From: Pseudomonadota bacterium
GTDB taxonomy: Bacteria > Pseudomonadota > Gammaproteobacteria > Burkholderiales > Ga0077523
DNA length: 64,000 nt
NCBI GenBank assembly: GCA_963205165.1
Contig: CAUJJX010000030.1
Span: 878-64,877, forward strand
Direction: 5' to 3'
Shown piece by piece: positions 1 to 9,234 of the stretch. The notes under the pieces are model-generated. The model was not told where the DNA came from. It was given only the letters and a program-made list of their open reading frames with translations, and made no database searches. Made by a program: the position numbers and the translations under genes. The stretch's first letter is position 1. Each line of letters starts with the position of its first letter.

Positions 1-118
1 GATCGAAGAGCTGGAACTGGCCGTGGTCGGCCAGATCGGACACCGGCGGCACACGGGCGCGGGCGGTCTGGCGGACGTACTCGAGGAGGGACAGCAGGCG
101 GGATTTGGCGACGGGCAC
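1..118 (-). CDS. 5' end of an unidentified gene running off the left edge (partial)
   Basis: The minus-strand frame reads VPVAKSRLLSLLEYVRQTARARVPPVSDLADHGQFQLFD, with G/C at nearly every third codon position. The only canonical in-frame start below the upstream stop (257-259) is GTG at 118-116. It is absent from the ORF track because it has no stop inside the window. No RBS is seen and no family is recognised. Confidence 0.3.
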   Translation of the reverse strand, partial: MPVAKSRLLSLLEYVRQTARARVPPVSDLADHGQFQLFD

Positions 119-465
119 GATGTCGGAGCGCGGGTGGGTGGAGCGAAGGCGCGCAATGCTACCGGAAGGCGGGGACGGGACGGCCGCGGCACTGCGGCGG
201 TGAGGGGAATTTCGGGGCGCGCAACGAATGGTCCGGCACGCCCCGCGCGATCGCGGTCACGGAATCGCGATCGCCGGATCGGGGCCGCCCTGACCGGGGG
301 CGTCGGCGGTGCATGCACGTCGAGGCGCGCACGTACCACCCATCGTGGTTATGCCGGCCGACTCATGGTCCCGGACGGTCGGGCAGACCGATGCTTCGCG
401 GGCGTCGATCCCCCCACAGCCGGATGCAGGCGCACAGCCCGGCTCAGCCCCGAAGGAGACCCACC

Positions 466-1791
466 ATGACCCCCTTTCATGCACGAACCCTCGCGACGAC
501 CCTTGCCGTGTCGCTCGGCATCGCGCTCGCGCCGTCGGCGCAGGCCATCACGTTCGACATCCTCGGCGAGTCCGGCGACGTCGTCGGTACGTTCACGCCC
601 GACGCAGCCGACTGGATCCTGGCGCCCGGCAGCGGCAGCGGCGACATCGCGGCGCAGTCCGGCGGCGGGTTCGAAGTGCTGCTCGGCCAGTCCGTCTTCG
701 GCGCGTCTGAGGTTGCGACGCAGGATTCCCACATCTACGGCGCCGGGTTGATCCTGCCCGCGACGGGGTACGGGTATCGCGTCAACTTCTCGGCAAACCT
801 GCGCACGTGGGACTCCTACAACATCGGGGAATCGGTACAGCCGCTGCCCGGCGGATCGCTCGGCTACTGGGATCTCTTCGCGGTGAACGCGAACACGAGC
901 GACTACTACTGGAATCTCGTCGACCAGGGCATCGGCAGTCCCGGGGAACCGGTCGCGCTGCTGAGGGATTCCCTCGTGCCGATGCCGCCGGCGGGTTCCG
1001 TCGTCCGCTACACGAACCCCGGCGACAACGCCGCTGCGCTGCCCGGCGCGACCTGGGCCTGGGGCGGTCGCGATTTCGCGGCCGGCTATTTCGAATCGAT
1101 CCGGACGAGTTCGTCGGTGACGGTCGCCGCTTCGGCCCCCGTCTTCGTGAGCTTCGTCCTCGACACGGCGACTCGCGAGAGCGCGGACAACCGGTTCCCG
1201 TCGTGGGGTGCGTTCGGCGTGGCAGGGCAGTTCGCCGATGTGCCCGACGGTGCGCAGGGCAGCGCGCCGGGCTTGAGCGCGAACAATCCGCTGCTGCCCG
1301 TCGACGGCAACGTGTCCGACGGCCATTTCGTGTTCGATACGTTCGTCGTGGTGGAGGGCGGCCCCGGCACGGCGTCGTTCCTCTTCGTCGATCCGGTCGT
1401 TGCCGTCGGCTACGAGTACCAGGTGAGCGGCGGGCCGAGCTTCGCCGAGGTGCTGCTGCCGACGCTCGGCGACGCCGACGGCTACGGCATCGAGGTTCGC
1501 CCGGACGACGAATGGGTCCTCGCCGGGACGGTGGGGGACGGCGGCAGCTTCACGTTCGCTGCGGTCGTGAACCGGTTCCGCGTCATGGGGATCGACCCGG
1601 CACTCGGACTCGATCCGATGAATCCGGTGGCCTTCGTGACCGGTCTGAAGTTCGACGCCACCGGCCCGGTGCAGATCGAGATGACGGCCGTGACGGCGGC
1701 GGTTCCGGAACCGGAAACGTACGCGATGCTGGGTCTGGGACTCGCGCTGATCGGATTGCGCCGGGCGCGCCGCGAACGTTCCGTCGGCTGA
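466..1791 (+). CDS. PEP-CTERM sorting-domain secreted protein
   Basis: ATG at 466 is preceded by GAAGGAG (452-458). The N-terminal signal peptide is MTPFHARTLATTLAVSLGIALAPSAQA. The C-terminus VPEPETYAMLGLGLALIGLRRARRERS has the PEP motif, a TM helix and a basic tail. The upstream part of ORF 313..1791 is discarded. Confidence 0.85.
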   Translation: MTPFHARTLATTLAVSLGIALAPSAQAITFDILGESGDVVGTFTPDAADWILAPGSGSGDIAAQSGGGFEVLLGQSVFGASEVATQDSHIYGAGLILPATGYGYRVNFSANLRTWDSYNIGESVQPLPGGSLGYWDLFAVNANTSDYYWNLVDQGIGSPGEPVALLRDSLVPMPPAGSVVRYTNPGDNAAALPGATWAWGGRDFAAGYFESIRTSSSVTVAASAPVFVSFVLDTATRESADNRFPSWGAFGVAGQFADVPDGAQGSAPGLSANNPLLPVDGNVSDGHFVFDTFVVVEGGPGTASFLFVDPVVAVGYEYQVSGGPSFAEVLLPTLGDADGYGIEVRPDDEWVLAGTVGDGGSFTFAAVVNRFRVMGIDPALGLDPMNPVAFVTGLKFDATGPVQIEMTAVTAAVPEPETYAMLGLGLALIGLRRARRERSVG

Positions 1792-1797
1792 TCCGGC

Positions 1798-1839
1798 GTC
1801 CGGCCGGGCCGCTCCGCGTCGGCGGCGGCCCGGCCGGAC
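1798..1839. terminator. Perfect 15-bp inverted repeat between convergent genes (putative bidirectional terminator hairpin)
   Basis: GTCCGGCCGGGCCGC (1798-1812) pairs with GCGGCCCGGCCGGAC (1825-1839) across a 12-nt loop. It lies between the PEP-CTERM stop (1791) and the amiR stop (1845). There is no clear U-tract. Confidence 0.45.
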
Positions 1840-1844
1840 GTTCG

Positions 1845-2459
1845 TCAGAAACTCAGGATCTCGTTCGCCTTGATGATCGCGTCCGCGATCTCGTCGGTCG
1901 TCACGCGCTTCGTCATCGCCTGATCGCGGATCAGCTTGTAGGCGTCGTCCTCGTTCACGTTGCGTGTCTGCATCAGGATCGTCTTCGCGCGGGCCACCTT
2001 GCGCTGGCTCGCGAGGCGCTGTTCGAGCTTCGCGACGTAGCGGTCGCGTTCGCGGCTGCGTTCCACCTGGCCCAGCGCCACGACCATCGTCGTGAGCAGG
2101 CCGAAGGATTTCACGGGCGCCGCGACGACCCCGTAGACGTTCATCCGCAGCACGGTCTCCACGGTCGTCGGGTTCTCGTAGTCGACGACGGCGATCACGG
2201 GCGGTGCGTCGTCGCGCCGCGTCCAGGCCGGTTCGCGCGCCGCGATCTCGGGGCGGACGGCGCAGAACACGAGATCGGCGTCCGCATCGAGCCGGTCGCG
2301 CGGCGGCCAGAACGCCTTCACCTGGCAGCCGATGCGGCGCAGCTGCGCGATGAGTTCCTGGCCGTCGGCGTCGTCCGGATGCAGCACGACGACGGTCAGC
2401 GAACGCAGGTCGCGGAGCAGGCGCGACGTGCCGGGGGGCGATCTCGGAGCGGCGGCCAT
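1845..2459 (-). CDS. amiR: AmiR, ANTAR-domain transcription antiterminator (aliphatic amidase regulator)
   Basis: The 204-aa product has a pseudo-receiver N-terminal domain (LTVVVLHPDDADGQELIAQLRRIGCQV). It has a C-terminal coiled-coil plus ANTAR domain (RKVARAKTILMQTRNVNEDDAYKLIRDQAMTKRVTTDEIADAIIKANE). It is collinear with P. aeruginosa AmiR as I recall it. The start at 2459 is 4 nt after the amiC stop. Confidence 0.9.
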   Translation of the reverse strand: MAAAPRSPPGTSRLLRDLRSLTVVVLHPDDADGQELIAQLRRIGCQVKAFWPPRDRLDADADLVFCAVRPEIAAREPAWTRRDDAPPVIAVVDYENPTTVETVLRMNVYGVVAAPVKSFGLLTTMVVALGQVERSRERDRYVAKLEQRLASQRKVARAKTILMQTRNVNEDDAYKLIRDQAMTKRVTTDEIADAIIKANEILSF

Positions 2460-2463
2460 CGGG

Positions 2464-3624
2464 TCAGACCGTCGCCCGCAGCGCCGTGCGCACGGACCAG
2501 TCGTCGAGCGTGTGCGACACGAGGTAGGGATCGGGGCGCACGCGTTCGCGCGCCTCTTCCAGGATCTCGAACCGGCCCGTGGCATCGACGCGTCCGATGC
2601 GCGGCCGCAGGTGCGTGTGGTGGTTCTCCTCGTCGATGCGCACGCGGCCCTGCGGTGCGTCGACCTCGGTCCCGGGGAGGGCGCGACGCACCGATTCGAC
2701 ATCGTCCGGATCGGCGCGTCCCAACGCATCGGCCAGCAGGTGCATCTGGAAACACGCGGCTTCCCAGCATTGATTGGCCGGGTGCTCCGATCCGTTTCGT
2801 GCGCGATACGCCGCCAGCGTGCGGCGATTCGTGTCGGTGTCGACGGTCTGGAAGTACGGCGCCGCGGTGATGTGGCCCTCGGCGAACTCGGCGCCCATCT
2901 GGTGCACCTCGGCCTCGCATGTCGAGAGACTCGCGATCGGCGTGCGGGCCGGATCGAGCCCTGCCGACCGGAACGCGCGATGGAGCATCGCGGTGCTTTC
3001 ACCGACGACCGTCGAGAACACGAAGTCCGGGGCGGCCTGGCGGATGCGTTTCGCGACCGCGGTGAAGTCGTCCTGTCGCGCGTCGAGCGGCAGGTACAGC
3101 TCCGCGAGCTTCTCGCCGCCGCGTTCGAGCACGAGGTCGCTCATGATGCGATTGGACTCGTACGGGAACACGTAGTCCGACCCGACCATGAACACGCGCG
3201 TCCCGAAGTGGCGGGTCATGAACTCGGCGAGCTGCACGCTGTTCTGGTTCGGCGCGGCACCGGTGTAGAAGACGTGGCGCGAAAACTCGAAGCCCTCGTA
3301 CAGCGTCGGGTAGAGCAGCAGCGCGTTCCATCGGTCCAGCACCGGCATGACGGCCTTGCGCGCGCTCGACGTGTAGCAACCGGCGATGAGTCGCACGCCA
3401 TCCTCACGGACGAGGCGTTCGGCGAGTGACCGGAACAGCGCGGGACGCGACTGCGGATCGTGCGCGATCACCTGGAGTTCGCGACCGCCGATGCCGCCGG
3501 CGGCGTTGATCTCGTCGACCGCCAGCAGGGTGCCGAGCCGCTGGGAGTTCTCGATCTCCGACGTGACGCCCGTCTCGGAGAACAGCATCCCGATGCGGAT
3601 CGGGTCGTGATGGATGGATGTCAT
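2464..3624 (-). CDS. amiC: AmiC, amide-binding negative regulator (type I periplasmic-binding-protein fold, cytoplasmic)
   Basis: The 386-aa product starts MTSIHHDPIRIGMLFSETGVTSEIENSQRLGTLLAVDEINAAGGIGGR. It continues with LLYPTLYEGFEFS, GSDYVFPYESN and PDPYLVSHTLDDWS. It is closely collinear with P. aeruginosa AmiC. ATG at 3624 was read from the minus strand (ATGACATCCATCCATCAC). Confidence 0.92.
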   Translation of the reverse strand: MTSIHHDPIRIGMLFSETGVTSEIENSQRLGTLLAVDEINAAGGIGGRELQVIAHDPQSRPALFRSLAERLVREDGVRLIAGCYTSSARKAVMPVLDRWNALLLYPTLYEGFEFSRHVFYTGAAPNQNSVQLAEFMTRHFGTRVFMVGSDYVFPYESNRIMSDLVLERGGEKLAELYLPLDARQDDFTAVAKRIRQAAPDFVFSTVVGESTAMLHRAFRSAGLDPARTPIASLSTCEAEVHQMGAEFAEGHITAAPYFQTVDTDTNRRTLAAYRARNGSEHPANQCWEAACFQMHLLADALGRADPDDVESVRRALPGTEVDAPQGRVRIDEENHHTHLRPRIGRVDATGRFEILEEARERVRPDPYLVSHTLDDWSVRTALRATV

Positions 3625-4150
3625 GGGCCGTGGTTCATGAAGGTCTCGCGGCGTGTGCCCGGCGCGCGTCCTTGCGCGGAGCGGGCGGGTGGACGAGGGC
3701 CATCCGTGCGGCCTTCCATTTAGCAATTCGCGCACCGTCGGGCGACGCGCACGTCGATGTCGTCGCGATGCCCGGCGGGACATGGTCCGGTGTCGGATCG
3801 TTGCCGTCCGCCGCATCGGTCGACGACGTGTCGGCGCGCACTCCGATGGCGCAGCGACCGGGCGGATCGCACCAGGTTCGAGCGTGTCGCTCGCTGCGAG
3901 CGATGGTCGATCCGCGGTCGAATGTTGCGGCCGAGGTCCCCTTCCGGGTTCTGGTGCGGGCGCAGAAAACCACTGCTGGCAAAGGACAAACCGGAAAAAA
4001 GCGGGTCGCTCGATCTCGCCATCGAGACGCCGGAAGTCTCCGTCGGAAGGCGTCAGGCCCGCCGTTTGCAAACACGATCGTCGTGGTCGTCGCACCGTGC
4101 ACATGAACGTGCCGCGACGACGACGGCATCACCCAGGATTTCCGCATCCC

Positions 4151-4189
4151 CGGAACAAAGGCGTTCCGCGATGCAACGGCAAAAGAGCC
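4151..4189 (+). promoter_or_regulatory. Candidate ANTAR (AmiR) RNA target: two tandem small hairpins abutting the leader terminator
   Basis: Hairpin 1 is CGGAAC[AAAGGC]GTTCCG (4151-4168): a 6-bp stem and a hexaloop with A1 and G4. Hairpin 2 is GGC[AAAAGA]GCC (4178-4189): only a 3-bp stem, with G at loop position 5 rather than 4. The 3' arm of hairpin 2 is the first 3 nt of the terminator stem. Confidence 0.5.
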
Positions 4190-4225
4190 CGTGGACCGGT
4201 CGGACCGGTCCACGGGCTTTTTTTT
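4187..4225 (+). terminator. Intrinsic terminator inside the urtA leader (attenuator)
   Basis: GCCCGTGGACCGG (4187-4199) pairs with CCGGTCCACGGGC (4205-4217), with loop TCGGA (4200-4204), followed by T8 (4218-4225). It sits 95 nt upstream of the urtA ATG and is not downstream of any plus-strand gene. Confidence 0.8.
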
Positions 4226-4320
4226 GGCGTCCGGCGGGTGGGCGTTCGCAGTCCGTGCGCAGCAGGCAGGCCAGTGCAACTTCGATCAACGACTTCGGAA
4301 GGGGAACAGCCGTGAGCAAC

Positions 4321-5502
4321 ATGAGCAGGCGAAATTTCATCAGGAATTCGGGTCTCGTCGCCGCCGCGAGCGCGGTGTCGTTCCCGATGCTGAACATCCG
4401 CTCGGCCGGCGCGGCCGAGACCGTGAAGGTCGGGATCCTCCATTCGCTGACGGGCACGATCGCCATCGCCGAGAAATCGGTCGTCGATGCGGAGATGCTC
4501 GCCATCGAGGAGATCAACAAGGCCGGCGGCGTGATGGGCATGCGCATCGAGCCCGTCATCGAGGACGGTGCGAGCGACTGGCCGACCTTCGCCGAGAAGG
4601 CACGCAAGCTCCTCGAACGCGACAAGGTGGCCGCCGTGATGGGCTGCTACACGTCCGCGTCGCGGAAGGCCGTGCTGCCGGTGTTCGAGAAGCTGAAGGG
4701 CCTGCTCTACTACCCGACGTACTACGAGGGCCTCGAGCAGTCGCCGAACATCATGTACACGGCGCAGGAGGCCACGCAGTCGGTCATCGCCGCGATGGAA
4801 TGGCTCGCGAAGAACAAGGGCAAGTCCTTCTACATGATCGGGTCGGACTACATCTGGCCGCGCACCACGATCAAGATCGCGAAGGCGACGCTCGCCCGTC
4901 TCGGCGGCAAGCTCGTCGGCGAGGGCTACTACCCGCTCGGCCACATCGAGTTCTCGTCCGAGATCAACAAGATCAAGGCCGCGAAGCCCGACGTGATCCT
5001 GAACTGCGTCGTCGGCGGATCGAACGTCGCCTTCTTCAAGCAGCTCGCCGCGGCCGGCATCACCGGCAAGTCGCAGACGATCCTGTCGCTCGCGGTGTCG
5101 GAAGAGGAAGTCTCCGGGATCGGCGCCGACAACACCGTCGGCACGCTCACCTGCATGGGCTACTTCGAGAGCCTGAAGAATCCGGCGAACGACAGGTTCG
5201 TGAAGGCCTTCAAGGCGAAGTACGGCGCGAACCGCGTGACGGGCGACACGCTCGCGTGCGGCTACACGTCGGTCTACCTGTGGAAGCTCGCGGCCGAGAA
5301 GGCGAAGAGCTTCGACGTGGCGAAGGTCGTCGCGGCGTCGTCCGGACTGGAGTTCGACGGACCCGAGGGCAAGGTCAAGTTCCACACGGCGAACCACCAT
5401 CTGTGGAAGCACGCGCGGATCGGCATGTTCAAGCCCGACGGGCAGGTCGACATGATCCACGAGTCGCCGCTCATCGAACCCAACCCCTTCCCGAAGCTGT
5501 AA
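4321..5502 (+). CDS. urtA: Urea/short-chain-amide ABC transporter substrate-binding protein (UrtA/FmdD type)
   Basis: The Tat-like signal is MSRRNFIRNSGLVAAASAVSFPMLNIRSAGA. The mature part (VKVGILHSLTGTIAIAEKSVVDAEMLAIEEINKAGGV, YYPTYYEGLEQSPN, GSDYIWPR) is the UrtA/AmiC-like PBP family. An alternative in-frame GTG at 4312 lies closer to GGAAGGGG. Confidence 0.9.
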   Translation: MSRRNFIRNSGLVAAASAVSFPMLNIRSAGAAETVKVGILHSLTGTIAIAEKSVVDAEMLAIEEINKAGGVMGMRIEPVIEDGASDWPTFAEKARKLLERDKVAAVMGCYTSASRKAVLPVFEKLKGLLYYPTYYEGLEQSPNIMYTAQEATQSVIAAMEWLAKNKGKSFYMIGSDYIWPRTTIKIAKATLARLGGKLVGEGYYPLGHIEFSSEINKIKAAKPDVILNCVVGGSNVAFFKQLAAAGITGKSQTILSLAVSEEEVSGIGADNTVGTLTCMGYFESLKNPANDRFVKAFKAKYGANRVTGDTLACGYTSVYLWKLAAEKAKSFDVAKVVAASSGLEFDGPEGKVKFHTANHHLWKHARIGMFKPDGQVDMIHESPLIEPNPFPKL

Positions 5503-5653
5503 TCACCCGCGCCGCACGCCGCGTCGTGCCGCCGTCGCGAGGTCGTGCCTCGTGGCGGCGGTCGGTGCGCGGGGCGCCCGCGACCACCGCACCAAGAACC
5601 CGAAACGAACGAGAGCCAGCGATGTTCCAGATGACCGCCGGGAGGACCGCGCC

Positions 5654-6556
5654 GTGACCGTCGACATGTTCGCCATGCAGGCATTCACGGGCCTGTCGAT
5701 CTTCACGATCCTGATGCTGATGGCGCTGGGACTCGCGATCGTCTTCGGGCTGATGGGCGTCATCAACATGGCGCACGGCGAACTGATGGCGATGGGTGCG
5801 TACACGAGCTACGGCACGGCGCTCTTCTTCCAGAAGTTCATGCCCTCGCTGATGGACGCCTACGTCTTCGTCGGCATCGTGCTCGCGTTCATCGTGACGA
5901 GTGTCTTCGGCTTCCTGCTCGAGCGCGGGCTGATCCGCTTCCTGTACCGGCGCCCGCTCGACACGCTGCTCGCGACGTGGGGCCTGTCGCTGATCCTCCA
6001 GCAGGTCTTCCGCCAGTTCATCGACGCGAAGGAAGTCGAGGTGCCGACGGTGTCGTGGCTGAAGGGCGCGTGGCAGGTGACGGAAGGCATCGCGCTGCCG
6101 CTGTCGCGCCTCTTCATCATCGTCCTCGCGATCGTCACGGCGGCCGTCGTCTACATGATCCTGTTCCGGACGCGCGCCGGACTGCGCATCCGGGCGGTCA
6201 CGCAGAACCGCGTGATGGCCGGGGCCGCGGGCATCGACACGGCGCGCGTCGACGCACTTTCGTTCGCGTTCGGCTGCGGCCTCGCCGGCATCGCGGGCAG
6301 CTCGTTCACGATGCTCGCGTCCACCGGCCCGACGACGGGCCAGCAGTACATCGTCGACACCTTCATCGTCGTCGTGTTCGGCGGCGTCGAGAGCCTGCTC
6401 GGCACGATCTCGTCCGCCTTCCTCATCGGGCAGATGCAGTCGTGGTTCGAGTTCGGACTCGGCGGGTCCATGGCCCGCGCCAGCATCCTCGCGCTCGTGA
6501 TCGCGGTCCTGTACTTCCGGCCCAACGGGCTGTTCGCGGCGAAAGTGCGCCGCTGA
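5654..6556 (+). CDS. urtB: Urea ABC transporter permease UrtB
   Basis: This is a multi-TM branched-chain-type permease (LGLAIVFGLMGVINMAHGELMAMGAYT ... NGLFAAKVRR). GTG at 5654 is 7 nt after GGAGGA (5641-5646). An ATG at 5666 is the alternative start. Confidence 0.85.
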   Translation: MTVDMFAMQAFTGLSIFTILMLMALGLAIVFGLMGVINMAHGELMAMGAYTSYGTALFFQKFMPSLMDAYVFVGIVLAFIVTSVFGFLLERGLIRFLYRRPLDTLLATWGLSLILQQVFRQFIDAKEVEVPTVSWLKGAWQVTEGIALPLSRLFIIVLAIVTAAVVYMILFRTRAGLRIRAVTQNRVMAGAAGIDTARVDALSFAFGCGLAGIAGSSFTMLASTGPTTGQQYIVDTFIVVVFGGVESLLGTISSAFLIGQMQSWFEFGLGGSMARASILALVIAVLYFRPNGLFAAKVRR

Positions 6557-6578
6557 CCAACGACCGGGAGCCATCGCC

Positions 6579-7754
6579 ATGCAGACGCACATCGAGTCCT
6601 CCAGCCCGGCCCGCGCGGCCGTCGCCAACGTCGGACGCAGCCGCGGATTCCTCGAGCGCTGGAGCTTCGCGATCCTCGCGGTCCTGCTGCTCGCCGCGCT
6701 GCCGCTGTCGCTCGACGTCTTCCGGCTCGGGCTCGCCGCGAAGTTCCTGTCGCTCGGCTTCTGCGCCGTCGGCATCGTGCTGATCTGGGGCTACGGCGGG
6801 ATCCTGAGCCTGGGGCAGGGCGTGTTCTTCGGCCTCGGCAGCTACATGATGGCCATGTTCCTCAAGCTCGAATCGACGGGTGCGGACAGCTCGGCCCAGG
6901 CGCTGTCGTCGTTCTTCGGATCGAGCCTGCCCGACTTCATGGTGTGGAACAGCATCGAGGCGCTGCCGTGGTGGTGGGAGCCCTTCCACCACGTGTGGTT
7001 CACGCTGCCTGCGATCGTGCTGCTGCCCGCGCTGCTCGCCTTCGTGCTCGCGTACGCCAACTTCCGCAAGCGCGTCGGCGGCGTGTACTTCTCGATCATC
7101 ACGCTGGCGCTGTCGGCGATCCTGTCGATCGTGATCATCGGCCAGCAGGGCGTGACCGGCGGCGTGAACGGCATCAACGATTTCCGGACCTTCCTCGGGG
7201 TCAACCTCGACGAGGACCGCGTGAAGATCGCGATGTACTTCGTCACGTGCGTGCTGCTGCTCGCGTGCGTCGCCGTCGGCCGCTTCCTGCTGCGCAGCCG
7301 GCTCGGCAAGGTGCTCGTCGCGATCCGCGACCGCGAGGACCGCGTGCGCTTCTCGGGCTACGACCCGGCGCTCTTCAAGGCCTTCGTGTTCGCCGTGGCC
7401 GCGATCTTCTCGTCGATCGGCGGTGCGCTCTTCACGATGCAGGTCGGACTCGCGTCGCCGTCGCTCGTCGGCATCGTGCCGTCCGTCGAGATGGTGATCT
7501 ACGCGGCGGTCGGTGGCCGGCTCTCGCTCGTCGGGGCGGTGTACGGCGCCGTGCTCGTCGGCGCCGCGAAGACCTTCTTCTCCGAGAACTTCGTCGAGTA
7601 CTGGATGTACTTCATCGGCGTGCTGTTCGTCGTCGTCGTGATGTTCCTGCCGGACGGGCTCGCCGGACTCATAGCCCGGGTGCGTGCGCGCCGTTCGAAG
7701 GCGCCGACACCGGCGACGGCGCCGCTCGCCACGGCCACGGGAGTCGCGAAATGA
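6579..7754 (+). CDS. urtC: Urea ABC transporter permease UrtC
   Basis: This is a LivM-like permease (IWGYGGILSLGQGVFFGLGSYMMAMFLKLE, GGVNGINDFRTFLG). Its stop overlaps the urtD start (ATGA at 7751-7754). Confidence 0.88.
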   Translation: MQTHIESSSPARAAVANVGRSRGFLERWSFAILAVLLLAALPLSLDVFRLGLAAKFLSLGFCAVGIVLIWGYGGILSLGQGVFFGLGSYMMAMFLKLESTGADSSAQALSSFFGSSLPDFMVWNSIEALPWWWEPFHHVWFTLPAIVLLPALLAFVLAYANFRKRVGGVYFSIITLALSAILSIVIIGQQGVTGGVNGINDFRTFLGVNLDEDRVKIAMYFVTCVLLLACVAVGRFLLRSRLGKVLVAIRDREDRVRFSGYDPALFKAFVFAVAAIFSSIGGALFTMQVGLASPSLVGIVPSVEMVIYAAVGGRLSLVGAVYGAVLVGAAKTFFSENFVEYWMYFIGVLFVVVVMFLPDGLAGLIARVRARRSKAPTPATAPLATATGVAK

Positions 7755-8488
7755 GCGAGCTGATCCTCGCCGTGGAGGACCTCACGGTCTCGTTCGACGG
7801 CTTCAAGGCGGTGGACGGTCTCAACTTCTACGTCGAGAAGGACGAGCTGCGCGTCGTGATCGGACCCAACGGCGCCGGCAAGACGACGCTGCTCGACATG
7901 ATCTGCGGGAAGACGAAGCCGACGGCCGGCACGATCAAGTTCAAGTACCGCGATCTCGCCGAGATGATCGAGTTCCAGATCACGCGGCTCGGCGTGGGCC
8001 GCAAGTTCCAGAACCCCTCGGTCTACGAGGACCTCACGGTCTTCGAGAACCTCGAGATCTCGTATCCGCAGCGGCGCGGGCTGCTCGGGTCGCTGCTGTT
8101 CCGGCGCGACGACGCGCTGCTCGACAAGATCGACGAAGTGGCCGGCCTGATCTTTCTCGACGAGGTGCTGCGCCACAAGGCCGGCCAGCTCTCGCACGGA
8201 CAGAAGCAGTGGCTCGAGATCGGGATGCTGCTCATGCAGGACCCCGAGCTGCTGCTGCTCGACGAGCCCGTCGCCGGCATGAGTGCACGCGAACGCGAGC
8301 AGACGGCGCAGCTCCTGAACGGCATCTCGAAGGGCCGCTCGATCGTCGTGATCGAGCACGACATGGCCTTCGTGAAGCTCATCGCCCACAAGGTCACGGT
8401 GCTGCACCAGGGGAAGCTGCTCGCCGAGGGCAGCATGGACGAGGTGCAGGCCGACGAGCGTGTCCGCGAAGTCTATCTGGGCCACTGA
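7751..8488 (+). CDS. urtD: Urea ABC transporter ATP-binding protein UrtD
   Basis: Walker A is GPNGAGKTT, the signature is LSHGQKQWLEIG and Walker B is LLLLDEP. The start is coupled to the urtC stop. Confidence 0.9.
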   Translation: MSELILAVEDLTVSFDGFKAVDGLNFYVEKDELRVVIGPNGAGKTTLLDMICGKTKPTAGTIKFKYRDLAEMIEFQITRLGVGRKFQNPSVYEDLTVFENLEISYPQRRGLLGSLLFRRDDALLDKIDEVAGLIFLDEVLRHKAGQLSHGQKQWLEIGMLLMQDPELLLLDEPVAGMSAREREQTAQLLNGISKGRSIVVIEHDMAFVKLIAHKVTVLHQGKLLAEGSMDEVQADERVREVYLGH

Positions 8489-8501
8489 GGAAGAGACGAT
8501 C

Positions 8502-9191
8502 GTGCTCCAGGTCAATCAGCTGAATGTCTACTACGGCGAGAGCCACGTGCTGCGCAACGCGTCGTTCTCGGTCGCGAAGGGCGAGACCGTGGCGATCATG
8601 GGTCGCAACGGGATGGGCAAGAGCACGCTGCTGAAGGCGCTCATCGGGATCCTGCCGACGCGCGGCGGCAGCGTGTCGCTCGGCGGGCGCGAACTCACCG
8701 GCACGCCGACGTACACGCGGGTCGCGGCGGGGATGGGCTTCGTGCCGCAGGGCCGGATGATCTTTCCGTACCTCACCGTCGAGGAAAACATCCTGACCGG
8801 CATGGAGAAGGCGGCGGAGAAGACGGTGCCCGCGTACATCTACGAGGTCTTCCCGGTGCTGCTCGAGATGAAGCACCGCCGCGGCGGGAATCTCTCCGGC
8901 GGCCAGCAGCAGCAACTCGCCATCGCCCGCGCGCTCGTGAGCAACCCGGGCGTGCTGGTCCTCGACGAACCGACCGAGGGCATCCAGCCGTCGATCATCA
9001 AGGACATCGCGCGCGCACTGAACACGCTGAAGGCGGAGCGCGGCTTCTCGCTCGTCGTGTCGGAGCAGGTGCTGTCGTTCGCGATGGCCGTCGCCGACCG
9101 CTTCCTGATCATCGAGAAAGGCGAGTTCGTCCACGAGGCGGCGCGGGCCGACGCGGACGAAGGCGTGATCCACGGGTATCTGACGATCTGA
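8502..9191 (+). CDS. urtE: Urea ABC transporter ATP-binding protein UrtE
   Basis: Walker A is GRNGMGKST, the signature is [15 protein letters not shown] and Walker B is VLVLDEP. GTG at 8502 follows GAGGAAGAG (8488-8496). The track start at 8460 overlaps urtD and is less likely. Confidence 0.88.
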   Translation: MLQVNQLNVYYGESHVLRNASFSVAKGETVAIMGRNGMGKSTLLKALIGILPTRGGSVSLGGRELTGTPTYTRVAAGMGFVPQGRMIFPYLTVEENILTGMEKAAEKTVPAYIYEVFPVLLEMKHRRGGNLSGGQQQQLAIARALVSNPGVLVLDEPTEGIQPSIIKDIARALNTLKAERGFSLVVSEQVLSFAMAVADRFLIIEKGEFVHEAARADADEGVIHGYLTI

Positions 9192-9234
9192 TGCCCGTGC
9201 CCGATTCAACCAACCCAGCGAGGAGCAGCGAACC

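Noticed and set aside
807-2870. 687-aa plus-strand ORF, with similar long ORFs at 349..1326(-) and 2332..3429(+)
   Set aside because: These are out of frame or antisense relative to the PEP-CTERM, amiR and amiC genes. They have no motifs and an Arg-rich composition.
3977-3991. Sigma54-like TGGCAA-N5-AAAC upstream of urtA
   Set aside because: The -12 element does not match TTGC/GC, so only the -24 half resembles the consensus. I could not identify the real promoter of the leader.
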